Sequence record: NC_052656.1
DNA from: Escherichia phage anhysbys
Reading direction: 5' to 3' (one strand)
DNA: 64,000 nt
The translations under genes and the position numbers were made by a program. The notes beneath the pieces are model-generated. The model saw only the letters and a program-made list of their open reading frames with translations, did no database searches and was not told the origin of the DNA. Shown in pieces: positions 28,048-38,123 of the stretch (position 1 is the first letter of the stretch; each line of letters opens with the position of its first letter).

Positions 28048-29394
28048 TTATCGTTTGGAGAGGAATTGTCTTCCCATGATCTTACCGTTCTTTACAGCGG
28101 TCCCATCGTGTCCATTATAATCCCAAGTTCCATCAATGTTACGCAAGAAGCTATCACGAACAGTGTAGGCTTTACCGTTCTCTACTTTACTTTCTTCAAC
28201 AATGATTGCCATAACAAGCTTATTTTCAATTTCGGTAGTAACCGATTCTTTAATACCCTCTGTAACTTCACGATCATATTGGATATAAACTCGCTCCTCG
28301 GTCACTTGCACGTCTACCACATTTTTAAATGTGTATGTCTGCTGTGTAGTGTAAAGGACACGAACGACACTCTTCTTACCTACTGGCGGCTTCTGACGAC
28401 GCTTGCGGTAACGGGGAGACGGGTTAAGTTTAATATAACCTACAATATCTGATCCATCTCCAGAGTGGCTCCAATAAAACGTCTCTGCCAAACCTTTTCC
28501 TTGGTCCCCATTTCGAAAAAGAACATTAACAGGACCATCACAAGGGCGTCTACCTCCGATGTGGGCTTGGTATTTTGCTGTTCTTGGGAGAACAAAATAT
28601 TCTTCAATCTGCCATTCACTGTCGTATTTCTCCCATTCGAAGTGGTTGGCTTTGCATACTTCTAAAACACCATTTTTGTAACGGACTTGAACAAAGTCCT
28701 CACAAGGTTGAATACCTGTATTAGGAATATAGGTAGGCTCTGTGTCTTCTGGTTCAAAAGTCTCTTTTTGTTGTTCCACATCTTCCACTTTTCTTACATG
28801 CTTAGTATAAAACATATCTTTAAACTCCTGTGCTTCAACCTCAACTGCAAATCCATGTTCTCTAACAGCCGGAGGCACAAGGCTTCCACACTCAAGATGG
28901 AGAGCATCCAGACCTGCCATTTTATCGTAAAAGATAACTTTTCGATACTTCTTACCGTCTTCTGGAATAGCAGGGTCTACTCGTTTAAGACGGGAAGCAT
29001 CGTTTTTAGTCCAAAAACTCTTCCCTGTTGTATTATTGAAAGTAGTAATCATTTCTCCAATTTCTTCTTCAGAAAGGTTACTAGTGTCTGTGTAAACATC
29101 TTCAATTTTTAGCATTTTAGTTTTCTTAAAAATTAAATCTAGCATTGCATCTCCTGTAAAACGTAGTTCATTATCTCCTACTGTCGGCTCTCCAGAAAAT
29201 TCATCGGTCCCGACTGTGTGACAGATGTATGGAAAATTTGTGCAACCGTGTAAAAGAGCATATTGTCCTGTAAGTTTAGGATCTGTCTCTTTAGTCCAAC
29301 CATATGCAATCTCAATAGCTTTGCAAAGCCTATCGAACAAGCCCCGATTGTTTGCCGCTGTTACCAAATCTTGCTTATGTGCATATACATTCAT
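28048..29394 (-). CDS. Hypothetical protein (448 aa)
   Basis: Long ORF, no motif recognised. Confidence 0.45.
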   Translation of the reverse strand: MNVYAHKQDLVTAANNRGLFDRLCKAIEIAYGWTKETDPKLTGQYALLHGCTNFPYICHTVGTDEFSGEPTVGDNELRFTGDAMLDLIFKKTKMLKIEDVYTDTSNLSEEEIGEMITTFNNTTGKSFWTKNDASRLKRVDPAIPEDGKKYRKVIFYDKMAGLDALHLECGSLVPPAVREHGFAVEVEAQEFKDMFYTKHVRKVEDVEQQKETFEPEDTEPTYIPNTGIQPCEDFVQVRYKNGVLEVCKANHFEWEKYDSEWQIEEYFVLPRTAKYQAHIGGRRPCDGPVNVLFRNGDQGKGLAETFYWSHSGDGSDIVGYIKLNPSPRYRKRRQKPPVGKKSVVRVLYTTQQTYTFKNVVDVQVTEERVYIQYDREVTEGIKESVTTEIENKLVMAIIVEESKVENGKAYTVRDSFLRNIDGTWDYNGHDGTAVKNGKIMGRQFLSKR

Positions 29395-29945
29395 AATAAC
29401 CCTCCTCGTTTTATTGCAATAGATGCCCTAGGCTCTGCGATACCAGTGGCGTATAAATATGGATGACCTTGTGGAGAAGTTCTCATCCCAAACGAACCTA
29501 ATTCTAACCCATACATATCTTCCACGTCAAGACCAATATCTGTCTCTATGATTTGAGTTTGAACTTTGTAATACGTCCAAAAGAAATAGCGCATAGTTTC
29601 GGCATATTCTTTGACGGACGCTCCTGGATAAAACTCAATAATTTCCAACTTTAAGAAAATGTTAAAATGAGCATCATCCAACTCTTCTTCTGTTCGGTAG
29701 CAAGGTGTTAGAGCCATATAAGGATGATCTGTTGAAAATTCAAACCCATCTTTCTCCATCTGGAGGAAAGACTGCTCTGCACTGGCTACGTAGAACTTAC
29801 CATTAGGATGCCCCAAGGGGCAATCCTCTTTACCTTCTGGTAATGTATATGCAAGGATATCCGCATCTACAAGATAAGGGACTTCCAACATCTCCGCAAA
29901 TCGCCCATAGTAATCAATAGCTTGAGCAATAACAGCTACGTTCAT
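29391..29945 (-). CDS. Hypothetical protein
   Basis: 184-aa ORF. Confidence 0.4.
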   Translation of the reverse strand: MNVAVIAQAIDYYGRFAEMLEVPYLVDADILAYTLPEGKEDCPLGHPNGKFYVASAEQSFLQMEKDGFEFSTDHPYMALTPCYRTEEELDDAHFNIFLKLEIIEFYPGASVKEYAETMRYFFWTYYKVQTQIIETDIGLDVEDMYGLELGSFGMRTSPQGHPYLYATGIAEPRASIAIKRGGLL

Positions 29946-30193
29946 GATCTTCCTCCTGTGCGGAAAGCGCGTTTAGTAATGTTGGACATAACGATTAAAT
30001 CTTGTAAAGTCATGTCTGGGAACTGTTGTTCTAAAACTCCCTCAACAGCACCTATAATATCTGACAATTCAACAAGTTGCATTATTTTGCAATCCTGCTC
30101 AACAGCATCAAAAAGTTCTTCTACTTCCTCTTTAATCTTTTCTATGCTGCCATAAGGTTGTTTCTTAATGTCTGTTATGTGATACCCTGCCAT
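29942..30193 (-). CDS. Putative MazG-like nucleotide pyrophosphohydrolase
   Basis: All-alpha EE-x-E pattern IKEEVEELFDAVEQ ... ELSDIIGAVEGVL. Confidence 0.35.
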   Translation of the reverse strand: MAGYHITDIKKQPYGSIEKIKEEVEELFDAVEQDCKIMQLVELSDIIGAVEGVLEQQFPDMTLQDLIVMSNITKRAFRTGGRS

Positions 30194-31786
30194 TTAACGA
30201 TCCTCTCTGATTTGATTAATCTTACGAGCAAGGGCAGCTATAAGCTTATCTTCTTCAGATACAGGAGCCGTGCTCTTACCTAAACGATGCATGTCTAGAA
30301 TCTCTTGAACAGTCCGGTTCCATTGTAGACATTTAATACAACGTGTATGTGCAACATACAGAAGATTTCGTTCTGATTCTTCAAGACCTACCCACTCACC
30401 CTTCTTATCATAATTAGAAGGAAAGTCATTTGCAACAATAACCTGATCCCATTCCAAACCTTTTGATTTGTGGGCTGTAGTTAAAGTAACTTTAGCCGTT
30501 GGAGAGTTACGGTGCATACGTAAAGTGTATGCAATATTATTAGCTTTACCAGAAACAACAATGTTTAAAAGTCGTTTTGCATCAGGATCTGATTCTGCAC
30601 ACTCTACAAATTCTTCCCAAGAAGTGTAAGGTAGAACTGTCTCATGCTTAACTTTGTCCAAATCACCTCTACGTAAAGCATTAACACTATCAACCATAGA
30701 AATGAAATCTTTGGTATCTACGTTAATAATAATCTCTTCTCCGTTAGCGATTCGGTCCATAGCTTCGAGCAACAAAGTCAAATTCTTACGGAAAATAATG
30801 GTGTAAGGTTTACTATAATCTACCACATCAGAATGAAAACTTCCAGTGACAGTATCATAACCTTTGCCTACCAGCGGATGCTTCAGAGGTGAACGATCAG
30901 AAAGGATCGCATTGGCAATGTCCGCAACTTTAGGACCAAAGCGAAAACAAGCTGTCAGAGGCAACTCAACCCCATATGTAGCCGTTTGCTTCATCATGTT
31001 CTGGCTTCCACGGAACTGATAAATACTCTGAAATTCATCACCCACAACAACAATACGTTTAGCCGATTTAGCATTGCGAAGGATAGACAGGAATGCAGGG
31101 TTAACATCCTGGAATTCATCTCCAAAAATAATATCGTATCCTAAGTCTTCTTTGCTCAATTCAAAGAGTTTCACATAGGTGTCATGAGTCATAATGGTTT
31201 CTGATTTAGGATCAATACGCTCACGCCAAAGTTGCTTCGCATATTTAACAACTTCGTTAATAAGTTTTTGTTCGTTGATGTTTTTACGTTTAAGATCTGA
31301 CATATGCACTTTAGGAAAATGTTTATGTCCAATATGTTCATCGTCAGAAAACTCATATTTAGCTAAAGTTTGTTTTACCATTAACCCGATCATTGCACGA
31401 GTCAGTAGCACTTTACCATTCTTATCAATCAAATTCTGAATCTTGAATTTTTTGGCAATCTCACTACCAGTTCCAGCTACGTTAACATATTGACCTTCTG
31501 GACGAGACAATTTGTGTCGAAGGTTTTGTGGAAGACGTTGGTAACAGATTGAATGTAGCGTTCGGCACATAACGTTAGGCGGCATTTTACGTCGAGCTTC
31601 CTCTGCCATACTTTTGTTAAACGCCAAGTATAGAATACTATCATTTGTGCCATTAGCCAACATATACAGTGTTGACGTTTTACCTGATCCAGATTTAGCT
31701 TGAATTGTAACGAAACGATTTTCTTTATACCCGCTTTCAATAGCGTATTGTTCCTCGGTAGGTGTAAAACTCAATTGTGTAGACAC
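30194..31786 (-). CDS. SF1 DNA helicase (UvrD-like)
   Basis: Walker A AKSGSGKTST; DExx IFGDEFQD; QSIYQFRG; TAHKSKGLEWDQV; VAHTRC. Confidence 0.75.
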   Translation of the reverse strand: MSTQLSFTPTEEQYAIESGYKENRFVTIQAKSGSGKTSTLYMLANGTNDSILYLAFNKSMAEEARRKMPPNVMCRTLHSICYQRLPQNLRHKLSRPEGQYVNVAGTGSEIAKKFKIQNLIDKNGKVLLTRAMIGLMVKQTLAKYEFSDDEHIGHKHFPKVHMSDLKRKNINEQKLINEVVKYAKQLWRERIDPKSETIMTHDTYVKLFELSKEDLGYDIIFGDEFQDVNPAFLSILRNAKSAKRIVVVGDEFQSIYQFRGSQNMMKQTATYGVELPLTACFRFGPKVADIANAILSDRSPLKHPLVGKGYDTVTGSFHSDVVDYSKPYTIIFRKNLTLLLEAMDRIANGEEIIINVDTKDFISMVDSVNALRRGDLDKVKHETVLPYTSWEEFVECAESDPDAKRLLNIVVSGKANNIAYTLRMHRNSPTAKVTLTTAHKSKGLEWDQVIVANDFPSNYDKKGEWVGLEESERNLLYVAHTRCIKCLQWNRTVQEILDMHRLGKSTAPVSEEDKLIAALARKINQIREDR

Positions 31787-31800
31787 GTATTTCTCCTCTC

Positions 31801-32316
31801 TTAATAAAAACTCTTGACAATCCTCATCATTTCCTTAGCTCTGCTGGCATAAGGTTCTTTTAGATTAGGTGGCAAATGTGCATTAATGTACCCCATTTGT
31901 TTTTCCCATGTCCATTTATCTTTAAATCTTGGCATGGTGTCTCCTGCTAAACTGTTTTCTTTTCGTGTTTGAATAATCCAATTGCATGGAAAATGCACAC
32001 CACCTTTACGGAAGGGAATATAATGTCCCAATGTGAATGCCTTATTGTTCTTTAAACGTCCAGCTAAATTAAGATTAACAATAAGACTACGAAACACGTA
32101 GTATTGATAAAGATTGTCAACAGTATATACAGAGTAGTATGCTCTAAGTGCATTATCTCTACTAAGATTACCAACATCCAAACTGCACCAGTTTAAATTA
32201 CTTGGATCGTAGTTGTGATTATCAATCCATTCTTCTCTTTCCTCAAATTCTGCATTAACAGCAGACTGCCCTGCTGTAGATACAAAAAGAGAATTTGCAT
32301 CAAAGAACATACTCAC
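31801..32316 (-). CDS. Hypothetical protein, weak HNH-nuclease-like motif
   Basis: GHYIPFRKGGVHFPCNW. Confidence 0.3.
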   Translation of the reverse strand: MSMFFDANSLFVSTAGQSAVNAEFEEREEWIDNHNYDPSNLNWCSLDVGNLSRDNALRAYYSVYTVDNLYQYYVFRSLIVNLNLAGRLKNNKAFTLGHYIPFRKGGVHFPCNWIIQTRKENSLAGDTMPRFKDKWTWEKQMGYINAHLPPNLKEPYASRAKEMMRIVKSFY

Positions 32317-32325
32317 TCCCCCTTT

Positions 32326-32736
32326 TTAGTTTACATCGTTTAGAGCATTACCAATCTTTAAGATAATAACATCATTAAGAGCTTCTTCTCCATTAAGACC
32401 AGAGAAAGCAGGAGTAACGAAAGTTACCATATAATAATGGTCTTCTTGTAGGATTGCGATAACGCCGTCTAGTTTAACATCTCCTGTGAAACGAAAAACT
32501 TTCAACTTTTGTTCTAAAGGAAGATCTCCTTCAACATTTAAAACCATATCTCCGACACCAAACTTTTCTGCCCCGATGTAGATGTAAGCTTGGTCCTCTT
32601 TTTTATGATAATACAATGTTGCTTGTTTGTCTTGTAGTGTTGTGATACCAAACACATCTACATCAATAATATTTTTCAAAAATTCTCCTCCCAAATCCAA
32701 TAATTGTCTACATAAGTGGGATGCCTTTTGTCCCAC
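32326..32736 (-). CDS. Hypothetical protein
   Basis: 136-aa ORF. Confidence 0.4.
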   Translation of the reverse strand: MGQKASHLCRQLLDLGGEFLKNIIDVDVFGITTLQDKQATLYYHKKEDQAYIYIGAEKFGVGDMVLNVEGDLPLEQKLKVFRFTGDVKLDGVIAILQEDHYYMVTFVTPAFSGLNGEEALNDVIILKIGNALNDVN

Positions 32737-33044
32737 TCTTTTCTAGCCCAAGCTACGGCTGCTACCAATACATCTCCATGACAAGGTTGAGGTGAGCAGA
32801 AGCAAACTAAATCTTTCCCTTCTAACTCTAATAAATCTTCAAGAGTGATCTTACCACAACGAATTTGCTCCCACAACCACTCTTTATACCTTTGTATGGT
32901 TGATCCTCGTGGTTCATCATCTTTTAACTTAAAAGGATTTGCAAACTTAGAGGCTTTTAGTCCCATATGTGGCATTGCTCTACCAATATAAACAGCACTC
33001 TCTGGGATTGTTTTGCCTAAATGGTAAAAGTTTAATACCTTCAT
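32676..33044 (-). CDS. DUF4326-like small protein
   Basis: YIGRAMPHMGLKASKFANPF and LVCFCSPQPCHGDVL signature. Confidence 0.4.
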   Translation of the reverse strand: MKVLNFYHLGKTIPESAVYIGRAMPHMGLKASKFANPFKLKDDEPRGSTIQRYKEWLWEQIRCGKITLEDLLELEGKDLVCFCSPQPCHGDVLVAAVAWARKEWDKRHPTYVDNYWIWEENF

Positions 33045-33045
33045 A

Positions 33046-33408
33046 TTAACCTAAACACATACGTGCGATCAGACCCTGGATAAGTTTATCTGCTTCTTCG
33101 CGATCATAGTCGGTATCTTCTATACCACCATCTTCGTCACGATAAACTTTACCTTCCAGGTACCCAGCATCGATCAAACCAATAATCAAATCGAACTGCC
33201 AGCAAGAGTTACCGAAAGGGCGTTTTCCACTGAAATTATCTTCTTCTTCCCAAAGCGTAGAGAGCAGTCGTCTGAAATATTCACGCACAGTAACAGTGCC
33301 AAGATCATCGTCTTCAAAAACAACATCTAAAGCATCTGGTTCAGCTTTCTCTACAACAGGCACATAACGTTGACCATTAATAACAACATCTACGATTGTT
33401 TCTCTCAT
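33046..33408 (-). CDS. Hypothetical acidic protein
   Basis: 120-aa ORF. Confidence 0.4.
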   Translation of the reverse strand: MRETIVDVVINGQRYVPVVEKAEPDALDVVFEDDDLGTVTVREYFRRLLSTLWEEEDNFSGKRPFGNSCWQFDLIIGLIDAGYLEGKVYRDEDGGIEDTDYDREEADKLIQGLIARMCLG

Positions 33409-33767
33409 TTTTCCTCCTTTTTGTATTCAATGAACATATCTGCATAGTAAGCTTTACGTTCTTCAAATTTAGCAGGGTTTACCACAATGAACAAAACCTT
33501 TCTGTTGTCTTGTGGTTCTTTGACTGTAATATATAAATCTTTTGTGCAATAGAAACCTGTGGCTTTGTAAGCGTCACCCCAATTATCCACTCCACGATCT
33601 ATACGATCAAACTTGCAGTTATACTTTTTATCATCCACCTGGTAGACAGCTTCACCACCATACCAAGTGAAGAATTGGCTACCTTCCACCCCAATCTTGA
33701 AACCATCACGGGCGGCTGTAGCATTGGTGGCAATCATCAACATCAGGACACAAAGTAGCCTTTTCAT
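33405..33767 (-). CDS. Secreted protein
   Basis: Signal peptide MKRLLCVLMLMIATNATAA. Confidence 0.45.
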   Translation of the reverse strand: MKRLLCVLMLMIATNATAARDGFKIGVEGSQFFTWYGGEAVYQVDDKKYNCKFDRIDRGVDNWGDAYKATGFYCTKDLYITVKEPQDNRKVLFIVVNPAKFEERKAYYADMFIEYKKEEK

Positions 33768-34073
33768 TTAGAATTCCTCTTCAGTCTTCTGTCGGTTTTT
33801 GAAGAATACTACGTCATACACCTCTCCGTAACCATCATTTACACAGAACATAATAAAACGATCATCTTCTGCTGTTGGTGCGCGATGTTCAAGTTCAAAA
33901 CTTTCAATAAAACCGCGTGAATTTACGTAGTAGATTTCATCCTCACCAGAGAACATCCAATCCCTGTCTATCAGATAGAAAGCTAAACTCACAGGCGACA
34001 ACTCATCCTTCACAGAATCATTGTACAGCATGTGGGCTGCAACTGCCAAACTTAAAGTCGTATTGTGCTGCAT
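33768..34073 (-). CDS. Hypothetical protein, tandem paralog 1
   Basis: TLSLAVAAHMLYNDSVKDE ... EHRAPTAEDD aligns with next gene. Confidence 0.4.
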   Translation of the reverse strand: MQHNTTLSLAVAAHMLYNDSVKDELSPVSLAFYLIDRDWMFSGEDEIYYVNSRGFIESFELEHRAPTAEDDRFIMFCVNDGYGEVYDVVFFKNRQKTEEEF

Positions 34074-34384
34074 TACATCTCCTCGTCGGACTTCAAGGCT
34101 TTAGAGAATACTACATTAAACGTTTCACCGCAACCATTATTAACATAATACATGATGTGATTGTCATCTTCGTCTACAGGCGCACGATACTCCAGTTCAT
34201 AACTGTATAAATTAGAGTCACTTGTGCAACCCTGTGGATACCAAAAGTAAAGTTCACCACAAGATTCTACCCACTTAAGACCAGTTCTATCTTCAAACAC
34301 CAATGTAGAAGGATTTTCTGAATCTTTCACAGCTTCTTCATACTGTTGATGTACCATGACTGCTAATGATAATGTACTCATCAC
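34073..34384 (-). CDS. Hypothetical protein, tandem paralog 2
   Basis: TLSLAVMVHQQYEEAVKDSE ... EYRAPVDEDD. Confidence 0.4.
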   Translation of the reverse strand: MMSTLSLAVMVHQQYEEAVKDSENPSTLVFEDRTGLKWVESCGELYFWYPQGCTSDSNLYSYELEYRAPVDEDDNHIMYYVNNGCGETFNVVFSKALKSDEEM

Positions 34385-34584
34385 GCCTCCAAATAGTGTT
34401 TACAAATGACAAAACGCCATGTTTGTTTATAATAGTCTCTTTTTTCAAGAGCCTCTTTGTAAGAGGGTATACGTTGCGACAGAAGCATCCATTCACAATC
34501 TGCACCCATTCTTCCATAAAGCGCGTAACGGATGTTACTTTGTTTATCTCCCATAAATGCCTCCTTAATCTTGTTTACAAGCAT
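34381..34584 (-). CDS. Hypothetical small protein
   Basis: 67-aa ORF. Confidence 0.3.
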   Translation of the reverse strand: MLVNKIKEAFMGDKQSNIRYALYGRMGADCEWMLLSQRIPSYKEALEKRDYYKQTWRFVICKHYLEA

Positions 34585-34597
34585 ACCCTCTAATTAG

Positions 34598-34795
34598 TTA
34601 CACTTTTTCCCAAGTACCAAAAGCACAGGAAGGGTAGATTCCAACTTGAGGGTTTCCGTTATCATCTTTGAAAGTAAAACTGTTGTTGTCTTTATCAAGA
34701 ACTGTAGAATAAATCTTACCAACAGTAACGCAGTTGGAAGCTTGACCCAGTTCAGTGAGAGTAAGACATTTCATTTTCTGTTTCTTTGTAGCCAT
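34598..34795 (-). CDS. Hypothetical small protein
   Basis: 65-aa ORF. Confidence 0.3.
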   Translation of the reverse strand: MATKKQKMKCLTLTELGQASNCVTVGKIYSTVLDKDNNSFTFKDDNGNPQVGIYPSCAFGTWEKV

Positions 34796-34877
34796 TTATA
34801 AAATCTCCTTAGTAAGTGAATCTTTATTCTACACAAAGAGCTTTGCACATGTCAAGTAACTCTTTGTCAGATTAGTC

Positions 34878-35147
34878 TTAATGATTAGTGATGTTGATGA
34901 CAATCTTAGTTTCAACCTTAGCCCAACAGTAATCTGCTTCATTAAAACGACTAGTCACAATGTATTCTCCTGCACGAGAACCTGTTAAGCACACTGCACC
35001 TGTATCTGTAGCTAAGTAGTAGTCCCGTTCTTGTTCACTTACTTCTGAATCGTAGTAGTAGAAAACAGACATAGGTTCAATTTCAGATAAACGGTATAAC
35101 TTTGGAACAGGGGATTTCTCGATAAACTCAACAGAAGTTTTACTCAT
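34878..35147 (-). CDS. Hypothetical protein
   Basis: 89-aa ORF. Confidence 0.35.
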   Translation of the reverse strand: MSKTSVEFIEKSPVPKLYRLSEIEPMSVFYYYDSEVSEQERDYYLATDTGAVCLTGSRAGEYIVTSRFNEADYCWAKVETKIVINITNH

Positions 35148-35341
35148 TTGTTTTCTCCTAGATCTAAACTAATTAAGAAGTCACGAAGGATGATCATTTG
35201 TTCTGTAGACAATGATAGTACACCTTCTCCATAAATATCACCAGACCATTCAGCAGTTAGATCTAGTGTACCAGTACCAGGAAACCAATCAACAGTGATC
35301 TGATTACCATTAGAGTCAGGTAATATTTCACTGACTAACAT
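35144..35341 (-). CDS. Hypothetical small protein (start moved to ATG 35341 with AGGAG RBS)
   Basis: RBS aataggagagtgtgtt ATG. Confidence 0.35.
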   Translation of the reverse strand: MLVSEILPDSNGNQITVDWFPGTGTLDLTAEWSGDIYGEGVLSLSTEQMIILRDFLISLDLGENK

Positions 35342-35517
35342 AACACACTCTCCTATTATTGTTCTTGATCTTACGATCATCTACCGATAAGAACAAGTAC
35401 TTAAATCTCTGTTCTTCGAACATCTAACGATAGAGATTAATCTATTACATAATCTATACTCGCTATCGCTCGACCCTTCGGGGTTAGGGTAGCATATTTT
35501 TTGAAAAAAGTCAACAC

Positions 35518-35868
35518 TTATTTTTTGGTAAGTAGATAAATCAATTGTTCACCTGCTTCTGGTGCATATAGTGCTTTAGTATCGAAGTCAAAGAAGTGAG
35601 TGACTCCTGTTACTTTGGATGCATGAATAGATAATCGTGCAAGCTTAAGCAGATTATCCATTTCCGCAATCTTTGCACGAAATACTGCACGTGTAGCGTC
35701 AAAAGCTGCATGTGGCATGTATTTACGATTTAGACTACTACGCTTAAATTTACGATAATCTGCAATGATCCTGTTACGTTCTTTGTTCAAATGTTTTACC
35801 AGTGCAGTATATACATGTGGTTCTTTGTTAGCCATTGTTAATCTCCTCTTCATATGTTGGTAGTGCAT
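35518..35868 (-). CDS. Hypothetical basic protein
   Basis: 116-aa ORF. Confidence 0.4.
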   Translation of the reverse strand: MHYQHMKRRLTMANKEPHVYTALVKHLNKERNRIIADYRKFKRSSLNRKYMPHAAFDATRAVFRAKIAEMDNLLKLARLSIHASKVTGVTHFFDFDTKALYAPEAGEQLIYLLTKK

Positions 35869-36040
35869 GGTATGCGATCACAGGTGCCAAGTCAAAATAA
35901 AAATGACCATTGATAACAGCTATCGTGCCATTGCGTGTTTTGTTAACTTCACAGAATCCCTTCTTGCCGTTTGCCATGATTACAAGCCACTCTCCGATAG
36001 GAACATCCTCGGTACCAGATACTTTAATCCATCCACTCAC
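35828..36040 (-). CDS. Hypothetical small protein
   Basis: 70-aa ORF. Confidence 0.3.
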   Translation of the reverse strand: MSGWIKVSGTEDVPIGEWLVIMANGKKGFCEVNKTRNGTIAVINGHFYFDLAPVIAYHALPTYEEEINNG

Positions 36041-36297
36041 TTTACTTCCCCTTTGTAATCGGACACTATACCAGGTCTTACTTTTGCCTTAAGATGTTTC
36101 AACTCTGCCATAGGAGTTGCCACTTGTATAAGGTTAATAATTTCAACCTCGTAGATAGTATACTCATAACCCGCATACTTCCCGATGGAATGTAGGTATT
36201 TGATAGCATGTTCAGGCGAATCTGCTTCAACATACCCCAAATCTTTTGTAGTGCGGCCTTCACAGTCGCCTTCTGTAGTTACGTGATAAAGTGTCAT
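36037..36297 (-). CDS. Hypothetical protein
   Basis: 86-aa ORF. Confidence 0.35.
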   Translation of the reverse strand: MTLYHVTTEGDCEGRTTKDLGYVEADSPEHAIKYLHSIGKYAGYEYTIYEVEIINLIQVATPMAELKHLKAKVRPGIVSDYKGEVK

Positions 36298-36439
36298 AAA
36301 ACCTCCTCATAGTAAGGTAAAGCCTTGATCAGTTGTTCTGAAGTGCCATTTTGCACCCACGTAACACCCTTGTCAAGAGAAACATACCCTTTCTTATTGA
36401 TAAATTTACGGAGACAACCAGTGAACTTGTTTTTGTAGA

Positions 36440-36883
36440 TCATTTCTTCTTTCCTTTCTTTAATTTGTTGTGACCTTTACCCTTATAAAGCTTGTGATTA
36501 CGAGTAGACGGGTTATTTTGGTTCTCCAGTCGGCTAACAGGTGTATTCCAAAGGTTTCCTGCTACAAAAGATGCTGCCACAAGTTCTTCCAGGTATACAA
36601 AATCCAAAGCAGGTATCTTTGTTTCCCTCATCTCGCGTTCTACATTAGACAACACGCCTTCTTCCTTACTGTCTTCTTTTTCAATTACAGACCAACCCTC
36701 TTCCTGCCAAGCTTCCCCTCTGAACCAAGTTTCCATGTTATAACCTTGTTCGTCGAGAATAACACCATCTCGCATCTCAAACCATTCACCACCACAAAAA
36801 TGGTGGTGCTCAACACGTCTACCTTCCTTCATTGCTTCTTTAGCTTCGGGCCAAGTCAGTTTGATGTTTTGGATGTTTTGCAT
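36440..36883 (-). CDS. Hypothetical protein, first gene of the minus-strand block
   Basis: 147-aa ORF with RBS aaaggagaaaacaa. Confidence 0.45.
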   Translation of the reverse strand: MQNIQNIKLTWPEAKEAMKEGRRVEHHHFCGGEWFEMRDGVILDEQGYNMETWFRGEAWQEEGWSVIEKEDSKEEGVLSNVEREMRETKIPALDFVYLEELVAASFVAGNLWNTPVSRLENQNNPSTRNHKLYKGKGHNKLKKGKKK

Positions 36884-36913
36884 TTGTTTTCTCCTTTTGT
36901 TTGGTAGGAGTTG

Positions 36914-36941
36914 ATCTTAACAAGATTAAAAAGTATGTCAA
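36914..36941 (-). promoter_or_regulatory. Sigma70-like promoter TTGACA-16-TAAGAT for the minus-strand block
   Basis: Minus strand reads TTGACAtactttttaatcttgtTAAGAT with TGn extension. Confidence 0.5.
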
Positions 36942-36997
36942 TACTTGATCTGAAATTATTTTCAGGTATCATGTATGAACATTAACAAGAGAGGTAG

Positions 36998-37291
36998 ATG
37001 ATGAACATTACTTTAGCAACTAAGAATATTTCTGAAACAATTAACGGTTTTGGTGTGATTGTAGCCTTGCACGGTAACAATGAGAAATGGTTGGCTTCTT
37101 TTGAAGAGGATCGTCAACACAACATTATTTTAGATGCCCCTATAAAAGTTATGCATATCGTTGGTGAAAGCAAAGTGCTCACTTCCTCCCGTTCAAAAGA
37201 ACAAATTACAAATGAATTAGTAAAACTGCTTGACAATGTTCTTAACATGTTTGATAATGCACCCATCGATACAAAACGTGTCTTAATGTGA
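36998..37291 (+). CDS. Hypothetical protein
   Basis: 97-aa ORF, first plus-strand gene. Confidence 0.4.
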   Translation: MMNITLATKNISETINGFGVIVALHGNNEKWLASFEEDRQHNIILDAPIKVMHIVGESKVLTSSRSKEQITNELVKLLDNVLNMFDNAPIDTKRVLM

Positions 37292-37303
37292 GAGGAGAAC
37301 AAA

Positions 37304-37591
37304 ATGTACTATTCACAAGACGAAGTAGCAAACATTAAACTGGCAGTGGGCGATCTTATTGTGTCACCTAACTACTATTGGGATAACACAGATTTGGTTG
37401 AAGTAGTAACCTATGTTGGAGTTGAAGGTATTGTGCTCTACACATTAGGTGGAGGTGTTGTTGGGGAAATGGAACGTTATACGACAACGAAGAAACTGGT
37501 AAGCTCTTATCACATGTTTTTACACCAAGGTTCGGAAGAGTATACAGCTTTCTTGTTGAAATTAGATGCAGATCGGGAGAAGGCACGATGA
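37304..37591 (+). CDS. Hypothetical protein
   Basis: 95-aa ORF with RBS. Confidence 0.4.
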   Translation: MYYSQDEVANIKLAVGDLIVSPNYYWDNTDLVEVVTYVGVEGIVLYTLGGGVVGEMERYTTTKKLVSSYHMFLHQGSEEYTAFLLKLDADREKAR

Positions 37592-37944
37592 AAATTGTAC
37601 ACGATGAAATTCAAATAGAAGAAAGTGACCTGATGGATTTGGATGCAGCTTTGGGGAAGGTAATCTATGCAGGAATTAAAGCCTTCCGTGAGAAGGCAAA
37701 CAATAGCACGTTTGTCATGATCCCCACTAAACTGATGCGTGTTTTGTATCCAAATAGAAGTGCGCCGTATACAGATGAAGAAGAGGAGACAGGTAGAAGA
37801 GAGTGGTTAAATATTTTAGAAAAGATGGAGAATGCTTTTATTGATAGTGGTAATCCAGAAATCGTGTATGCTGAAGATCAAAGGAAGGCACGATTAGAAG
37901 GCCGTCTTTTATTCGCTAGTTATTTTGATAATCTTTGGAGCTAA
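37588..37944 (+). CDS. Hypothetical protein
   Basis: 118-aa ORF, ATGA overlap. Confidence 0.4.
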   Translation: MKIVHDEIQIEESDLMDLDAALGKVIYAGIKAFREKANNSTFVMIPTKLMRVLYPNRSAPYTDEEEETGRREWLNILEKMENAFIDSGNPEIVYAEDQRKARLEGRLLFASYFDNLWS

Positions 37945-38123
37945 ATATGTCTGAATTCTTCACAATGGCTTTCTTAGGGATCTATTTGATTATTAGTGCT
38001 GTTGGCTTAATCATGTCTCTAATAGAGGAAATGGGAATTAAGTGGAATTGTGTATTCGGTATAGCTCTTATGCTCACTCCAGTTTGGATTTACATTTGCA
38101 AATCGGTTGAACTAATTGGTTAA
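37935..38123 (+). CDS. Small membrane protein
   Basis: Two hydrophobic helices. Confidence 0.35.
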   Translation: MELNMSEFFTMAFLGIYLIISAVGLIMSLIEEMGIKWNCVFGIALMLTPVWIYICKSVELIG

